Source: Squalus acanthias (taxonomy: Eukaryota). From it: a stretch of 64,000 nt of DNA. Location: contig CM059432.1 in NCBI GenBank assembly GCA_030390025.1, positions 147,934,001 through 147,998,000 of the forward strand, in the 5' to 3' direction. Positions 11,010 to 24,112 of this stretch are shown here, piece by piece. Below the pieces are notes generated by a model that saw only the letters and a program-made list of their open reading frames with translations, ran no database searches and was not told the DNA's origin. Numbering within the stretch: the stretch's first letter is position 1; the number at the start of each line of letters is the position of its first letter. A program made the position numbers and the translations under genes.

Positions 11010-13485
11010 AAGGAAGGGTTTTGCCGATTAGGGACCAAAAAGGAGACCTTCTTGTGAAGGCAGAGGTCATGGCTGAGGTACTAAATGAGTTATTTGCATC
11101 TGTCTTCAGTAAAGAAGAGCATGCTGCCTATGTCACGGTAAAGGAAAAGGTAGCAGAGAGGCTTATTGTGAAAAAGTCTGCAGCTGATTAATAGGAAATT
11201 TTACATTCAGGGTATATTGCCAAGGATTTAATCACTTTAATATTGAACAGCCCATTAAACAAAGGATTGCCCTTGAAAGTCAGGAATCACAGTAAAAAAG
11301 GAGGTAGTAGAGAAAATGGATAGGATAAAAATAAAGCGGAGGTACATAGAAGGTTGGCAGTGTTCTAAGTAGAGAAGTCACCTGGTCCAAATGGGATGCA
11401 TCCTAGGTTGCTGAGGGAACTAAGGGTGTAAATTGCAGAGGCTCTGGCCACAATCTTCCAATCCTCGTTAGATAGGAGAGATGTGCCAGAGGACTGGAGG
11501 ATTACAAATATTACACACCTGTTCAAAAATGGGGACAGGGATAAACCCGGCAACTATAGGAGAGTCAGCCTAACATCGGTTCTGGGAAACTTTTAAAGAC
11601 AATAATTCAAGATAAAATTAATTGTTACTTGGAAAAACATGGGCTAATAAATGAGAGCCAGCATGGATTTGTTAAAGGCAAATCGTCTTTGACTAACTTG
11701 ATTGCTTTCTTTGATAAAGTAACAGAGATTGTTGATGAAGATTGTGTGGTTGATGTTGTTTATATGGACTTTCCAAAGGTGTTTAATAAAGTATCACATA
11801 ATAGACTTGTTAGTAAAAGATTGGGGAATGCAGATGCTCAAAGGGACCTGGGTGTCCTTGTACATGAGTCACTGAAAGTGAATGTGCAGGTGCAGCAAGC
11901 CATTAGGAAGGCAAATGGTCTGCTGGCCTTCATTACAAGAGGATTTGAGTACAGGAGTAAAGAAGTCTTACTCCAGTTATATAGGGCCTTGGTGAGACCA
12001 CACCTGGAGTACTGTGTACAATTTTGGTCTCCTTACCGAAGGAAGGATATACTTGCCATAGAGGGAGTGCAACGAAGTTTCACGAGATTGATTCCTGGGA
12101 TGGCGGGACTGTTGTATGAAAAGTGATTGAGTAAACTAGGCCTGTATTCTCTTGAATTCAGAAGAATGAGGGGATCTCATTGAAGCATACAAAATTATTA
12201 CAGGGCTGGATAGGGTAAATGCTGGGAGAATGTTTCCCTTGGCTGGGGAGTCTAGAACCAGCGGCCACAGCCTCAGGATAAAGGGTAGGCCATTCAGGAC
12301 TGAGATGAGAAGAAATTTCTTCACACTGAGGGTGGTGAATCTTTGGAATTCTCTACCCCAGAGGGCTGTGGAGGCTCAGTCATTGGGTATATTCAAAACA
12401 GAAGTCGATAGATTTCTGACTAGTAAGGGCATCAAGGGATATGGAGATAAGGCCGGTGAATGGAGTTGAGGCAGAAGATCAGCCATGATCTCGTTGAATG
12501 GCGGAGCAGGCTTGAAGGGCCGAATGGCCGACTCCTGCTCCTATTTCTTATGTTCTTATGATCTTAGCAAAGTTGAAGCCCATGGGATTAAAGGGACAGT
12601 GGCAGCATGCATATGAAATAGGCTAAGAGACTGAAAGCAGAGAGTAGTGGTGAACAGTTGTCTTTCATACTGGAGCCAAGTACACAATGGTATCCCCCAG
12701 GGGTCAGTGTTAGAACCACTGCTCTTTTTGATGTATATTAATGACCTGGACTTGGGTATAAAGGGCATAATTTCAAAGTTTACAGATGACACAAAACCCA
12801 GAAATGTAGTAAGCAGTGAGGAGGATAGTAACAGACTTCAGGAGCACATAGACAGACTGGTGAAACGGGCAGACACATGGCAGATGAAATTTAACGCAGA
12901 GAACTGTGAGGTGATGTTTTTTAAACTAAATGGTACAATTTTAAAGGGAACAGTGAGGCCTGGGGGTTTACGTACACAAATCTTTGAAGGTGGCAGGACA
13001 AGTTGAGAACGCTGTTAAAAAAGCATAAGGGATCCTAGGCTTTATGAACAGTAACCAAGGCCCCGATAATAACTCCGTTAGGCGCGTTCAGAGCAAAGGG
13101 GTATGATATCGGGTGGGAAACCATAATAATAATAATAAACAGAGTCGATCGAGAGAAACTGTTCCCATTGGCAGGAAAGTCGAGAACCAGAGGACACAGA
13201 TTTAAGGTGATTGGCAGAAGAACCAAAGGCGACATGAGGAAAAACTTTTTTTTAACACAGCGAGTGGTTAGGATCTGGAATGCAATGCCTGAAAGGGTGG
13301 TGGAGGCAGACTCAATCACGGCTTTCAAAAGGGAGTTAGATAAGTACCTGAAGGAAAAACATTTGCAGGGCTACGGGGAAAGGGCGGGGGAGTGGGACTA
13401 GCTGAAGTGCTGTTGCAGAGAGCCAGCATGGGCTCGACAGGACAAATAGCCTTCTTCCGTGCTGTAACCATTCTATGATTCTATA
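11010..13485 (+). mobile_element. Degraded CR1 LINE ORF2 with a second CR1 3' fragment nested at about 11818-12560
   Basis: SQHGFVKGKS..YMDFPKVF..HNRLVSK jumps to DLGVLVH...; inner tail TTTCTTATGTTCTTATG near 12545-12560; outer RT resumes (PQGSVL, FTDD) and ends ATTCTATGATTCTA. Confidence 0.88.
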
Positions 13486-15201
13486 ACTTTCAGTGCTTTG
13501 GTCTGTGGCATTTTATAGCAGCCACCTAATTATAATATTACTTCTGGGTTTGGTGTTGTATGCGTGGCAGCGGGTGTGGTGCGGACCCGCATGACACGAT
13601 CTGAACTGGAGTATTTAAAACGACCAATCCAAAGATGGAATTTGGAGGAGTTAGGAGTTTGCGCAAAGAGCGGGGGAAGTTTCACCATGGATTCAGGGCG
13701 GTCAAGGGCGGTGCCCCAATTTAACGATGCATCGTTTGATACACTGCTGGGCGCAGTGAGGAGCCGGAGACAGATACTCTTCCTCAACCACAGGAGGAAG
13801 GAAGAAGGCATGGCTGGAGGTAGCCCAGGAGGTCAGCAGCAGGAGCATTGTGCCATGGTCGTGGATTCAGTGCAGGAAGCACTTTAATGACCTAACCAAG
13901 TCAGGAAAGGTGAGTACAGTTGCACATTCACCTACATCCTGCTGTGCACATCGCTCCTCACTCTGCCTTGCCGAGCCTACTCTATCACATAACTCCTCAC
14001 ACCTACTTACCTTGCAAGCGCACCCATCATTCTCTTTCTAGGCCCTCACAATTTCATGGCTCTCCTTGATAGTCACCCTCACCAAATGCACTGCATCCAT
14101 CGGGTGAACACATGCCATTACAGTCACTCACAGGCCTGTTCTTTCCCCCGATACAGGAGAAGAGAGCACAGAACACAAGGGACAGGGGGAGGACCGGAGG
14201 TGGTCCTCCACAGATTTCGCAGTTGGCAAATGCAGAGGAGGAAGCTCTGGGAGATCAATGGTGTTCCGGCATTCCTGACCATCGGAGATGGGGAGGTTGT
14301 GACCTCCCAGCTACCTGGTGACAGATTTAAATATCAGCGACCCATATGTCATATAACACTTAGTCATGTTGACTTGATTTCAACAGCGAGTGAAATATTA
14401 TCATCTTCACAATGATAAATTGCACCATTCTTACCTTGCCAGTACTAATTCATTTATTTTCTCTCTGCCAGGACCGTCATGTAGAGAGCGGCAGTCGGTG
14501 GAGCTCCCAGATGACAAAAGCTCAGGGGAGCAGATTCCTTCTGAGGGTGCACCATCACAGGACTCATGCTTAACCTGCACCAGTGCAGATACTCGCACTT
14601 TGGTGAGTCCAGTTAGGTAGTTGGGATTTCACTTGGTGACTCGCACTTCACAAGTGAGCAAGAGCAGACAGTGGTGGCAGGGACAGCTGTGGAGAGTCCG
14701 CGTCGGAAGGTGCAGCTCTCTCCAAGCTCTGCTCAGCTGGACACGATGCTGTATCCCCGGGGCCGTCGATAAAAAGGGTAAACATTGAGAGGCAGCAGAA
14801 AATCTGCGACGTACTGGCAGGCCTTTCACACACACTGTCCACGATAACAGAGAGAATGGAGGAGAACAGCTCGAGCATGAGTGGGCTGATGTCACCGGGC
14901 ATTGCGAGGATGTCTTCTTCCATGGATAGAGTGGTCAACTCCTTGGAACATCAATCACGGCAATCAAATGAGTCCATGCACGCCTTGACCACGTCCGTGC
15001 AGACTCTGGATACCAACATGTCTGGCGCCTGAAATAAGATGACAGACATCTTCGCCTTGGCCTTACAGTGTGTCACTGATCTGCACCAAGCTGCTCTCCA
15101 GCAGAGTGGTGGGAGTGAAGTGCGGCTGGCCCATGAGAGGGATGATGGCGAAAGGGGACATGGAAGTGGGAACTCCACTCAAAGCGCTCCCACTTCTCAC
15201 C

Positions 15202-15421
15202 AGAAAACGTTGGAAAAACTCAGCAGGCCAGGCAACATCTGTGGAGAGAGAAACAGAGTTAACATTTCAGGTCGAAACCCTTCGTCAGAACTGAGGAAAA
15301 AACCGGAAATGAAACAGATAAAAAAGCAATGGGGAGGCTGGGGGGAGGAATAACTATGGTAAGTAGAGACATTAAGAGATGCTCAAGGCAAGACGAGATG
15401 GTAATGGGACAGGTTAAGAAA
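15202..15421 (-). mobile_element. Penelope-like terminal (pLTR) fragment carrying a hammerhead motif
   Basis: 12-bp TSD CCACTTCTCACC (15190-15201, 15422-15433); homologous to 23738-24000. Confidence 0.8.
15257..15292 (-). ncRNA. Minimal type-I hammerhead ribozyme motif
   Basis: Minus strand AGTT-CTGACGA-A-GGGTT.TC.GACCT-GAAA-TG-TT-AACT. Confidence 0.7.
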
Positions 15422-16026
15422 CCACTTCTCACCTGTTGCCCCCACCCACCCCCTCCACCCCCTGCCCCCAGCCCCCCCTGCTCAGTCAGTAGCCCACATG
15501 CTGCCTCGTGTCCCGATGGCAGAGTCTGCCCCTGCATGGTGCAGGTGGAGCCGTCTTTGGCGGGGTCCTCACGGGCTCCAACACCCAGAGGTCGTCGGCC
15601 AAGAGCATCTCCAGAGTCAGAGCAGTGATCTGAGCAGCCTGCCCCTAAATCTGCTGAAGCCACAGGGGTTGCACCACGTAAGAGCGGTAGGAAAATGAAT
15701 AGTAAAGCTTTGTATTTGCACAAGGGTATGCACATGGGTGTTTGAGGAGGTGTTATGCCGTTAAGATTCCGTTGTTTACTAGTATCGCATAGAATGTATT
15801 ACTTTGCACCACCTTATCGTGTTGCCCATTCTTGGTTGCCGGGTGACAACTAGCCTTTTCAGTTACTTGTTGATGAATGGGAAGACATGAATTGATGGGG
15901 GAAATGGGGGGATGTGCAGTGGGTGGTTGATTCATTACAGGACTGCTTTGTGTCAGTGGGATTGGGGGATGTGGTGGAGAAGAGTGGCCTTTGGATGTGA
16001 TTGCTACATCCGTCTAGTGGTGGTAA

Positions 16027-17215
16027 CTAACTGAACCTTATAGCTGTAAGGGAAACCCTGTCATCTCAGGCAGCAATGTGAGCGGCTGGTACCGTGTTGG
16101 TGTCACCATCATCATCCTCCTCTACCTCCTCCTCCTCTTCATTGGATTTGTCCACAGACGGTGCGTACTCACCGCATTGTTCCTCCTGCAGCTCCAATCC
16201 TCACTGCCGTGCAATGTTGTGCAGAGCGCGGCATGCCATGATCATTCTGGAAACACTGGCTGGTGAGTACTGAAGAGTGCATCCAGATCTGTCCAGGCAC
16301 CTGAAGCGCATCCTGAGCATGCCGATCGCTTGCTCAATGAACACATCTGGTTGTCATATGTGCTTTTGTTGTACTGCTCTTGTGCTTCATTAGTGGGGTT
16401 TCTCACAGATGTCATCAGCCAAGTTTGAAGGGAGTATTCTTTGTCTCCTAGGAGCTGCCCCTTACGTCTGCTTGCAGGTGCAAAGAGGTCGGAGAGCTTG
16501 GATTGCCACAGGATGAACGCATTATGGCAGTTCCCCGGGAACCTAGCGCACACCTGCTTAAAGCTTTTCTTGTGGTTGCATACCAGCTCCACATTGATGG
16601 AATGGAATCCCTTGCATTTTGTGAATACTCCTGGTTGATCTGAGAGTGCACAGATTGCCACGTGTGTACAGTCGATGACGCCCTGCACTTGTGGGGAGCC
16701 AGCCAGAGACACAAAACCGAGCGCCCGCTCATTCTGACTAGCGTCATCGCAGGCGAAGTTAACATAATTACCAGCCATGGCAAACAATCCATTCGTGACC
16801 TCCCTTATGCATTTATGTGCAGCCGACTGAGAGATCCTGGATATGTCTCCAGTAGCACCCTGGAAGGATCCGGAGGTAGAAAAGTTGAGGGCGGCGATCA
16901 CTTTTACAGCCACTGATACTGCATGGCCACCAGGTCCAGCAAGGAGCAAGTCTTCTTCAGGAGGGTGCAGATGACTGCGACCACCTGACGCAACAATCTG
17001 AGCCTCCAGAAGTACTGTTCTTCCGTGAGGTCAAGCAAGCTGAGCCTCTGACTGTACAACCTGCTATGCGGGTATTGCCCCCTGCGAGCTTGACCCCTCT
17101 GCTGCTCCTCTCTCTGCTGATCACCTACAGGTCTCTCCACAGCTGGCTGTTGCTGCTGCTGAGGGTCATCTTGCTCCTCGCCTGAGGTCCAATCTAAGGC
17201 AGCCACGGCGCCACC
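16027..17215 (-). pseudogene. Harbinger DDE transposase, frameshifted
   Basis: [48 protein letters not shown], and an acidic C-terminal tail ending ..IRFS*. Confidence 0.88.
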
Positions 17216-17639
17216 TCATCTGACCTTGAGTCTCAATACCTCCAAATTGCAGAAATTAGCCTCTCAGAACAAGTACTCCCAACAAACACTTTCCCAGTTA
17301 GAGGGAAGAAAGCAGCTATGAGCAGTGATTATTTATTACTGTCGTATGCCTGACTTTTAATAAATTGTCGGTCAATCTTCTCGCCTTCGTTTCAATGGCG
17401 GGTTTCAGGAAGCCTGGGAAACCTGCAGATACACTGTTAAATTTAAATGCTGGTTAAAGTATCATTGGAATACCCTGATTTAAATATTCAAAACGCTACC
17501 TGCCACTCTGGAGGGGATCACTCTCTGGATTGCTACCTTAGGAGGTAAAAATACCTGGATTGTTACCTGAGCCATGTGCAAATTGGCATCGGGACAAATA
17601 GATCAGAGAGTTAAATGCATGGCTCAAAGAGTGGTGTGG

Positions 17640-18750
17640 GAGGAAGGGGGGAACCTTGGGGGGAAGTTTGCCCCAGTGGGCTAGGGGGAGGGAGGAAAGT
17701 GGCAGAGGCATCTGAACGGCTGGTCTCAATCTTTGTGACGAAGAATCCATGAGCTTTTCACACTTGTTTTTGGAGATGAGGGTGGAGGAGTCGGGGGAAA
17801 GGGATTTAAGAAGACGGTTTGTAGTGGAACAGAGAAGCCGGGAGTTATCTCTCCATTCCAGTATGATCCTGAAGTAGTGAGCAGTTGTGGTAGAGAAGAG
17901 CAAGACCTGATAGTGATTTATGTGGTCCAGCCAGATCTGGCAATAAATGGCGATATCGGTTGTCTGCCGTAAATGTTCAAATCTGCGTTCCTTGGACTTA
18001 AGGGAACAGAGATTGGGGGTCATTCCATTAGGAATCACATGGGTGAGAGAGAATAAGAGTTTTACTGGGGACAGGGGCATCAAAGGTGCGGGTGTGATTG
18101 AGCAGATGGAGCTGCAGAATGGAGGACCAAAGACGAGACAGGTTGTGAATTTAGAAACATAGAAACATAGAAAAATAGGAGCAGGAGTAGACCATTCGGC
18201 CTTTCGAGCCTGCTCCGCCATTCAATATGATCATGGCTGATCTCCATCTCAATACCATATTCCCGCTCTCTCCCCATACCCCTTGATGTCTTGACACTGT
18301 CTCCACTTCACAATCACCATCAGTAACAATCCTAATGTCAGACAGAGCAATAAGGATTGACTCTGTCTCCATTTCACACTCACCCTCAGTAACAATCCTT
18401 ATTTCAGGGGTGGTTTAGCTGACCCAGGGGAGAATGTTTTCCCGGGGGGAGACAGAAAGAAGTAGGGTCGGGAGGGGAAGGGGGTTGTGAGTGGAGAGGG
18501 ATACAAGGAAGCGATGGTGAATATGGGTAGTTGACTTTATCTGGAGGGAGAGGTTAAGGGAGGGCAGGAGGGCAGCGAACTCAGAAGAGAAGCCATGATG
18601 TATTGATTGGGATGTTGAAATCACCAGAGGTGAGAAACCACTCGGCGCAGAGGCTGAGGGAGGGAAGCAGTGAAAATATCTCGGTGAGAAACTTGGTGTG
18701 GTGCTTGGGTGGGCGGTAGGGAACGAGGATCTTAAAAGAGAGGTGAGAGA
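17640..18750 (-). mobile_element. Degraded L2-type LINE, with a CR1 3' tail nested at about 18152-18290
   Basis: LCSLKSKERRFE..WLDH..HY.RIILE..DNSRLL peptide; (AGAAACAT)n CR1 tail near 18153. Confidence 0.65.
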
Positions 18751-18911
18751 GGTGGAACATACTCCGTTTGAAGCAAACACCAGCACAAGTATAACCACCT
18801 TGGGGGATTTAGATAGTCAGCTTGAAAAAGATGCACGAGGTGAGTCAAATGACATGACTGAACAGTGTAACAGATCAGATATAGCCAATTAATTACTATT
18901 GAAGTATAGTA

Positions 18912-19870
18912 ATAAGTCTCTTCTCTTAGGCAGTCCCTCGGAACCAAGGATGACTTGCTTCCACACTAAAAATTAGTTCTCAGGTGACTGATGAGTCCAA
19001 TGCGGGACCTACATTTATCACAGGTGGGGCAGACGGTGGTTGAAGGGGCGGGTGGGTGGGGTGCTTGGGTTGACGTGCGCTCCTTCCACTGTTTGCGCTT
19101 GGCTTCCGCTTGCTCCCGGCGAAGAGACTCGAGGTGTTCGGCGCCTTCCCGGATGCCTCTCCTCCACTTTGTGCGGTCTTGGGCCAGGGATTCCCAGGTG
19201 TCGGTGGGGATGTTGCATTTTTTCAAGGAGGCTTTGAGGGTGTCCTTGAAGCGTTTCCTCTGCCCACCTGGGGCTCTCTTGCCGTGTCGGAGCTTCAAGT
19301 AGAGCGCTTGTTTTGGGAGTCTCGTATCGGGCATGCGGACGATGTGACCCGTCCATCGGAGCTGATCGAGCGTGGTCAAAGCTTCGATGCTGGGGATGTT
19401 GGCCTGAGTGAGAACACTGATGTTGGTGCGCCTATCCTGCTAATGGATTTGCAGGATCTTGCGGAGGCAGCGTTGGTGGTACCTCTCCAGTGCTTTGAGG
19501 TGCCTGCTGTACATGGTCCATGTCTCTGAAGCATACAGGAGGGCGGGTATCACTGCTGCTCTGTAGACCATGAGCTTGATGCTGGGTTTGAGGTCCTGGT
19601 CTTCAAACACTCTCTTCCTCAGGCGACCGAAGGCTGCACTGGCACACTAAAGGCGGTGTTGGACTTCGTCATCGACGTCTGCCCTTGTTGACAGTAGGCT
19701 CCCGAGGTATGGAAAGTGGTCCACATTATCCAAGGCCTCGTCATGGATTTTGATAATCGGGGGGCAGTACTGTGTGGCGGGGGTAGGTTGGTCGAGGACC
19801 TTTGTCTTACGGATGTTTAGTGTAAGGCCCATGCTCTCGTACGCTTCAATGAAGGTGTTGACGATGGTTT
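18912..19870 (-). mobile_element. RTE-clade LINE 3' fragment
   Basis: GLTLNIRKTKV, VDHFPYLGS, QLRWTGHIVRMPDTRLPKQALY..GGQRKRFKDTLK, C-terminal CPTC..SRIGLISHLRT. Confidence 0.88.
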
Positions 19871-19985
19871 GGAGGCAGCCAATATGCACACAGCAATGCC
19901 CCACAAGCAGTAATGAGATGAAAGACCAGTTAGCAGTTTTGGTCATCTTGGTTGAGGGAGGAATGTTGGCCCGGATAATTCACTA

Positions 19986-20670
19986 ATACAATAGCAAAAT
20001 ACTGCAGAGCTGGAAATCTGAAATAAAAATAGAAAATGCTGGAAATACTCAGCAGGTCAGGCAGCATCTGTGGAGAGAGAAACAGAGTTAAACATTTCAG
20101 GTCGATGACCTTTCAAGCGTGACCCCAAGCTTCTGGTCGCCTGTCACTTTAATTCTCCGCTCCACTCCCACTCTGACCTCTCTATCCTCAGCCTGTTATA
20201 CTGTTCCACCAACGCTCAACGTAAGTTCGAGGAACAGCACCTTGTCCTTCGATTCGGCACTTTACAACCTTCTGGACTCAACATTGAGTTCAACAATTTC
20301 AGACCATAACCTCGGCCCTTATATTTTCACATGGCAGCTGTTGATGATTCAGCCATTTCCATTTACACTTCATCTGGACTCTGCTTCTGTTTCTTGACTT
20401 GTCCCATTACCATCTCCTTCTGCCTTGCACTATCATCCCTTTTGTCGTTTAATCTCTCCTGCCTTCCACCCTATCACAGACCTTCCCTTTTGTTCTTTCC
20501 TCCCCTCCCCGCTTTCCCTGCCTCTGTACTTGCTTAAAATCTGGTACATCTCTAACTTTTTCCAGTTCTGACGAAGGGTCATCGACCTGTAACGTTAACT
20601 CTGTTTCCCTCTCTCCACAGCTGCTGCCTGACCTGCTGAGTATTTCCAGCATTTTCTGTTTTTATTCCAG
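19986..20670 (+). mobile_element. Penelope-like (Neptune-type) 3' fragment with inverted terminal segment
   Basis: GIY-YIG C-terminal peptide (..RKFEEQHLVLRFGTLQPSGLNIEFNNFRP*) at about 20130-20310. Segment 20021-20112 is an inverted copy of 20572-20665. Degenerate hammerhead at 20564-20600 (GAAA>GTAA). Confidence 0.82.
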
Positions 20671-21351
20671 ATAATTCCATTACTCTTCTTCAAATAGTGC
20701 CAAGGGATCTTTTACATCCACCAGAACAAGTAGGCGAGTTTAAAAATTCCATCTGAAAGTGCCGCAGTCCCTAAATACTTCATTGAAGAGCAGCCTAGTT
20801 TGTATGCTCATATCTTTGAGTGTGGCTTGAATCCACAACCTTCTGATTCAGAGGCATGAGTGCTAAGATGCATACTTTAGGTTATTGCTAGTGAAAAGCA
20901 CGAGAAGCAGCAGTGTTGTTCATTGCTATCGTTCAAAGTCACGGTGCCCTGATCCATCTTCTGCACATCAAATATTTAAAAAACATATCTGGTGATTTCT
21001 CAGAGTTCAAAGCATGCAGCACCAAGTTTAGCAGGAACGCTAACTGTACACAAGTGAATCTTAAGAGTCAGTACCTTCAGCCCTTAGTGCATGCAAAGGA
21101 ATTTTCAAAAACAGCTTATGTACCAGACAAATGATAACTGAAATCCTTCAATTTAATGATAATTTAAATGATGCATTATTCAACCAACCTGTCTTCAGAA
21201 TTAATTGGTTGCTGCACAAGTGTACAGTTATTAGTGGGAACAGAGGGTTCGCAGGTGCCCGAGTTGACAAGCACACAAACATCATGTAGTCTTCGCAACT
21301 ACTCAGCACAGATGTTCCATAAACAGTACTGATGTTAATGGCAGATACGTT

Positions 21352-21750
21352 GGGGGCAATTTTAAGCCCCAAAAATGGGTGGGTTGGGGTCGGATGGGAT
21401 GATAAAAAATTTTTAATCTAAATCCTGTCCCCAACACTTCCAGGTTTGACAGAGGCGGGACAGGGGGTGGGCGGCCAACCCGCTCCCAGGAGGCAGGTTG
21501 GCTAGTTAAATATTATATTCAGGCTGGGAGCCTCACATTTAACCTGCTTTACAAATTTATCCCTGGCCGGCCGTGTTTTCCCGGGCCTCGGGAAACCCAG
21601 CAGCTCGAGAGAGGCGAGGACAGCTTTCGGGAAAAGGTAAGTGCCTTTACAGCACTGCTTGTGGGCCAGGAGGAGCAGGAGTGCTTCCTCCTAATTGGAA
21701 AGTTAGTTTTACTTATCTGCCAGTCTAAAAATGTAATCCCAGAATGTAAG
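21352..21750. mobile_element. Truncated Harbinger-type MITE related to 28021-28778
   Basis: Starts GGGGCAATTTTAAGCCCCAAAAATGGGTGGGTTGGGGTCGG, the reverse-complement counterpart of the 28730-28778 terminus. Confidence 0.55.
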
Positions 21751-22034
21751 TGCAAAGGATAATTGGGGACTGATGAACACTCAAAAGGTTGTTTCTATTA
21801 TTCATCCAAGGTAACTCTTCTTTTGCCCAAAGATTTAAAACTGAACAGGTCATCAATACAGTTACTAATTTTAGACTTAGAAGATTGAATTCTGAGCAAT
21901 AGGTCCCACACCTTGATGGGTCTGGGTGGATCCTACAATTTGGCCAGTATCATGCATCATCATAGTTTAATGCTTACTGCACAACTTTACTGAGTAATGT
22001 GGAATAAACAAAGAGCATCTGGAGGAGGAGGGAC

Positions 22035-22076
22035 ATGAGAATGAGCCTCATGAGAATGAGCCTCATGAGAATGAGG
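22035..22076 (+). repeat. 15-bp tandem repeat (ATGAGAATGAGCCTC, about 2.7 copies)
   Basis: Read directly from sequence. Confidence 0.85.
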
Positions 22077-23334
22077 ATATGCAGGAGATTGAGAATGCAG
22101 CTAGTGACCCATATTTACCAACCACAAGAATCATTCATCCAACTCTGATTGAGGACTCTTTCACATTATTACCCTTTGATTTCACACATGAACAGTTCTG
22201 CCATCAATCTCATCATTACTTCAACAACACTATCACCTACAGATCGGACAACTTTTCTCAAAATACCAAGCATATCATTGCTGCAACCTCATCTTACAAT
22301 CTTCAATACCATGACAGAAACACCTTCTGGACAAAGCGCAAATGAAGTGCCACCAAATTTTATTTCCCAAAATGAGATCTCTGGGTCTACTGTCGGCCAC
22401 CCCAGTGCTTACCCTTTGGTCGGGCCTGATGTGCTCTGCTACCTCATGCTTCTTCTACATGGTCTCCCAGTTACTGGCGCACAGGGGGTATCTGTTTGCT
22501 GTGTCTCTGTCAACGTCTCTTGAGATTGGTGGTGGTACTGGGCCTCTGTGAGTAGGTGCTTGAGATGGCCCAGCTATAGGCTGCACCAGTGCAGTGGCTG
22601 CACAGATAACTTGGCCCCATGGACTGTCCAGCACATGTGCAGCCATTGGACGAGAGGGGCAGGAGAGTGCAGATGTGTCGTCATTCAGAGACACAGCAAC
22701 ATCCCCCATGGCCATTCCAAGCCTTCCCTTGCTACAGGCCCGCTGATCTGTGTGTAAGTAGACCCAATGAAAGCACTGAGGTTACTGAAGCCCCTGTCGA
22801 TGGCGGACTCAATGCAGGTTGTGGAATCCTGTACACTAGCGCCATGTGCTCCTAAGGCTCATTCCTCTTAAATGACTGCAGCAATCTTTCATGCTCAACA
22901 AGCATCCTTCTTTTAAAATCAGGAGCCCGCGGTCCTCACCAGCAGAGGATGGGTGTGAGCTGATCCTCCAGCTAACTGGTTCCTGATCCTCCTATGTCAC
23001 CACCACCTGCTCTCGCTCACTCGCGGGTAGTGTATCACTCAGTGCACACTCCTCAAACTCACCGCCAAATTCCTGAAGAGCAGATCTTCCTGAGCTGCTG
23101 CTTTGCAGGGTTAGCGTGAGTGATGTTGCTGGTTGGCAGGTACTCGCTTCCAGTGTGTCCTCGGCCCCTGACTCCCCTTCACCTGGAGTAAAAGGATTAT
23201 AGAGTTGCCTTGATGACAACTTGGTCACAGGTTGCTTTGGGCAGAATGACTGATGGTTTGGCTCCACTGAAGATTGAGGGAGTGAGTCAGTGAATAGGAT
23301 GAGAAAGATGGAGCATTTTCATATTCATGCTCTC

Positions 23335-23515
23335 ACATTTATAAGCTCCAGTTTGATACTTGTGATGACCCTTTTATAACCCTGTTTTTGATATTTGTAA
23401 TCTCTCTTTTATAACCTCCTGTATGATATTTGTGACATCCCTTTAATACCCTTGGTTTTGATAATTGTGCTGTCACATGTATAATCTCCAGTTTGATATT
23501 GATGCAGTCAGTTTT
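23335..23515 (+). repeat. Degenerate ~35-bp minisatellite (about 5 units)
   Basis: Recurrent TTATAA..C..TTTGATA.TTGTG unit. Confidence 0.7.
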
Positions 23516-23793
23516 CTAAATGTCTTAGCTTCATTGATAAAAGCCCTTGATTCTCAAACCTCTATACATAACGTAACTCCTGATTCCTGCTAACATCTTC
23601 TGGAATCTATGCTGCACCTTTCCCATCTTTCCTATATTGGGGTGCCTGATTTTGGAGAGCTGTCCCACAGTCTAGTCAAACAACAGCTTGACATACAATA
23701 GCAAAATACTGTGGATGCTGAAAATCTGAAATAACAGCAGAAAACGCTGGAAAAACTCAGCAGGCCAGGCAGCATCCGTGGAGAGAGAAAGAG

Positions 23794-23830
23794 AGTTAAC
23801 GTTTCAGGTCGAAGACCTTTCGTCAGAACT
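23794..23830 (-). ncRNA. Minimal type-I hammerhead ribozyme motif (intact core)
   Basis: AGTT-CTGACGA-A-AGGTC.TTC.GACCT-GAAA-CG-TT-AACT on the minus strand. Confidence 0.8.
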
Positions 23831-24075
23831 GGAAAAAAGCAGGAAATGGAACAGATTTTAAAGCAAATTTAGGGGCTGGGAAATGGGGGAGGGGATGAAA
23901 GAATAAAAGGGAAGGTCAGTGATAGGATGGAAGGCAGGAGAAGTAAAGAGGCATTAAGAGATATTCAGGGCAAGAGGAGATGGTAATGGGACAGGTTAAG
24001 GAACAAAGGATGGCTCTAGATGAAGTCTAGCCCCTAAACTTGCTTTAAAATCTGTTCCATTTCCTGCTTTTTTCC

Positions 24076-24112
24076 AGTTCTGATGAAAGGTCTTCGACCT
24101 GAAACGTTAACT
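24076..24112 (+). ncRNA. Minimal type-I hammerhead ribozyme motif (intact core)
   Basis: AGTT-CTGATGA-A-AGGTC.TTC.GACCT-GAAA-CG-TT-AACT; stem I AGTT/AACT; palindromic stem III (AACGTT); predicted GUU cleavage triplet. Confidence 0.8.

Larger units (their letters stand above)
13687..15704 (+). pseudogene. Harbinger Myb/SANT-like gene (exons 13687-13909, 14157-14317, 14472-~15704), disrupted
   Basis: AVPQFNDASFDTLLGAVRSRRQILF..WIQCRKHFNDLTKSGK|gtgagt; EKRAQNTRDRGRTGGGPP. Canonical splice sites, frameshifts, and a Penelope insertion in exon 3. Confidence 0.8.
13490..17540. mobile_element. PIF/Harbinger copy B (termini not identified), Myb gene (+) convergent with transposase (-)
   Basis: Same two-gene layout as copy A; boundaries approximate. 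Confidence 0.82.

Noticed and set aside
23335..23515. CRISPR-like array
   Set aside because: Vertebrate context, and the units are degenerate along their whole length with no repeat/spacer alternation.
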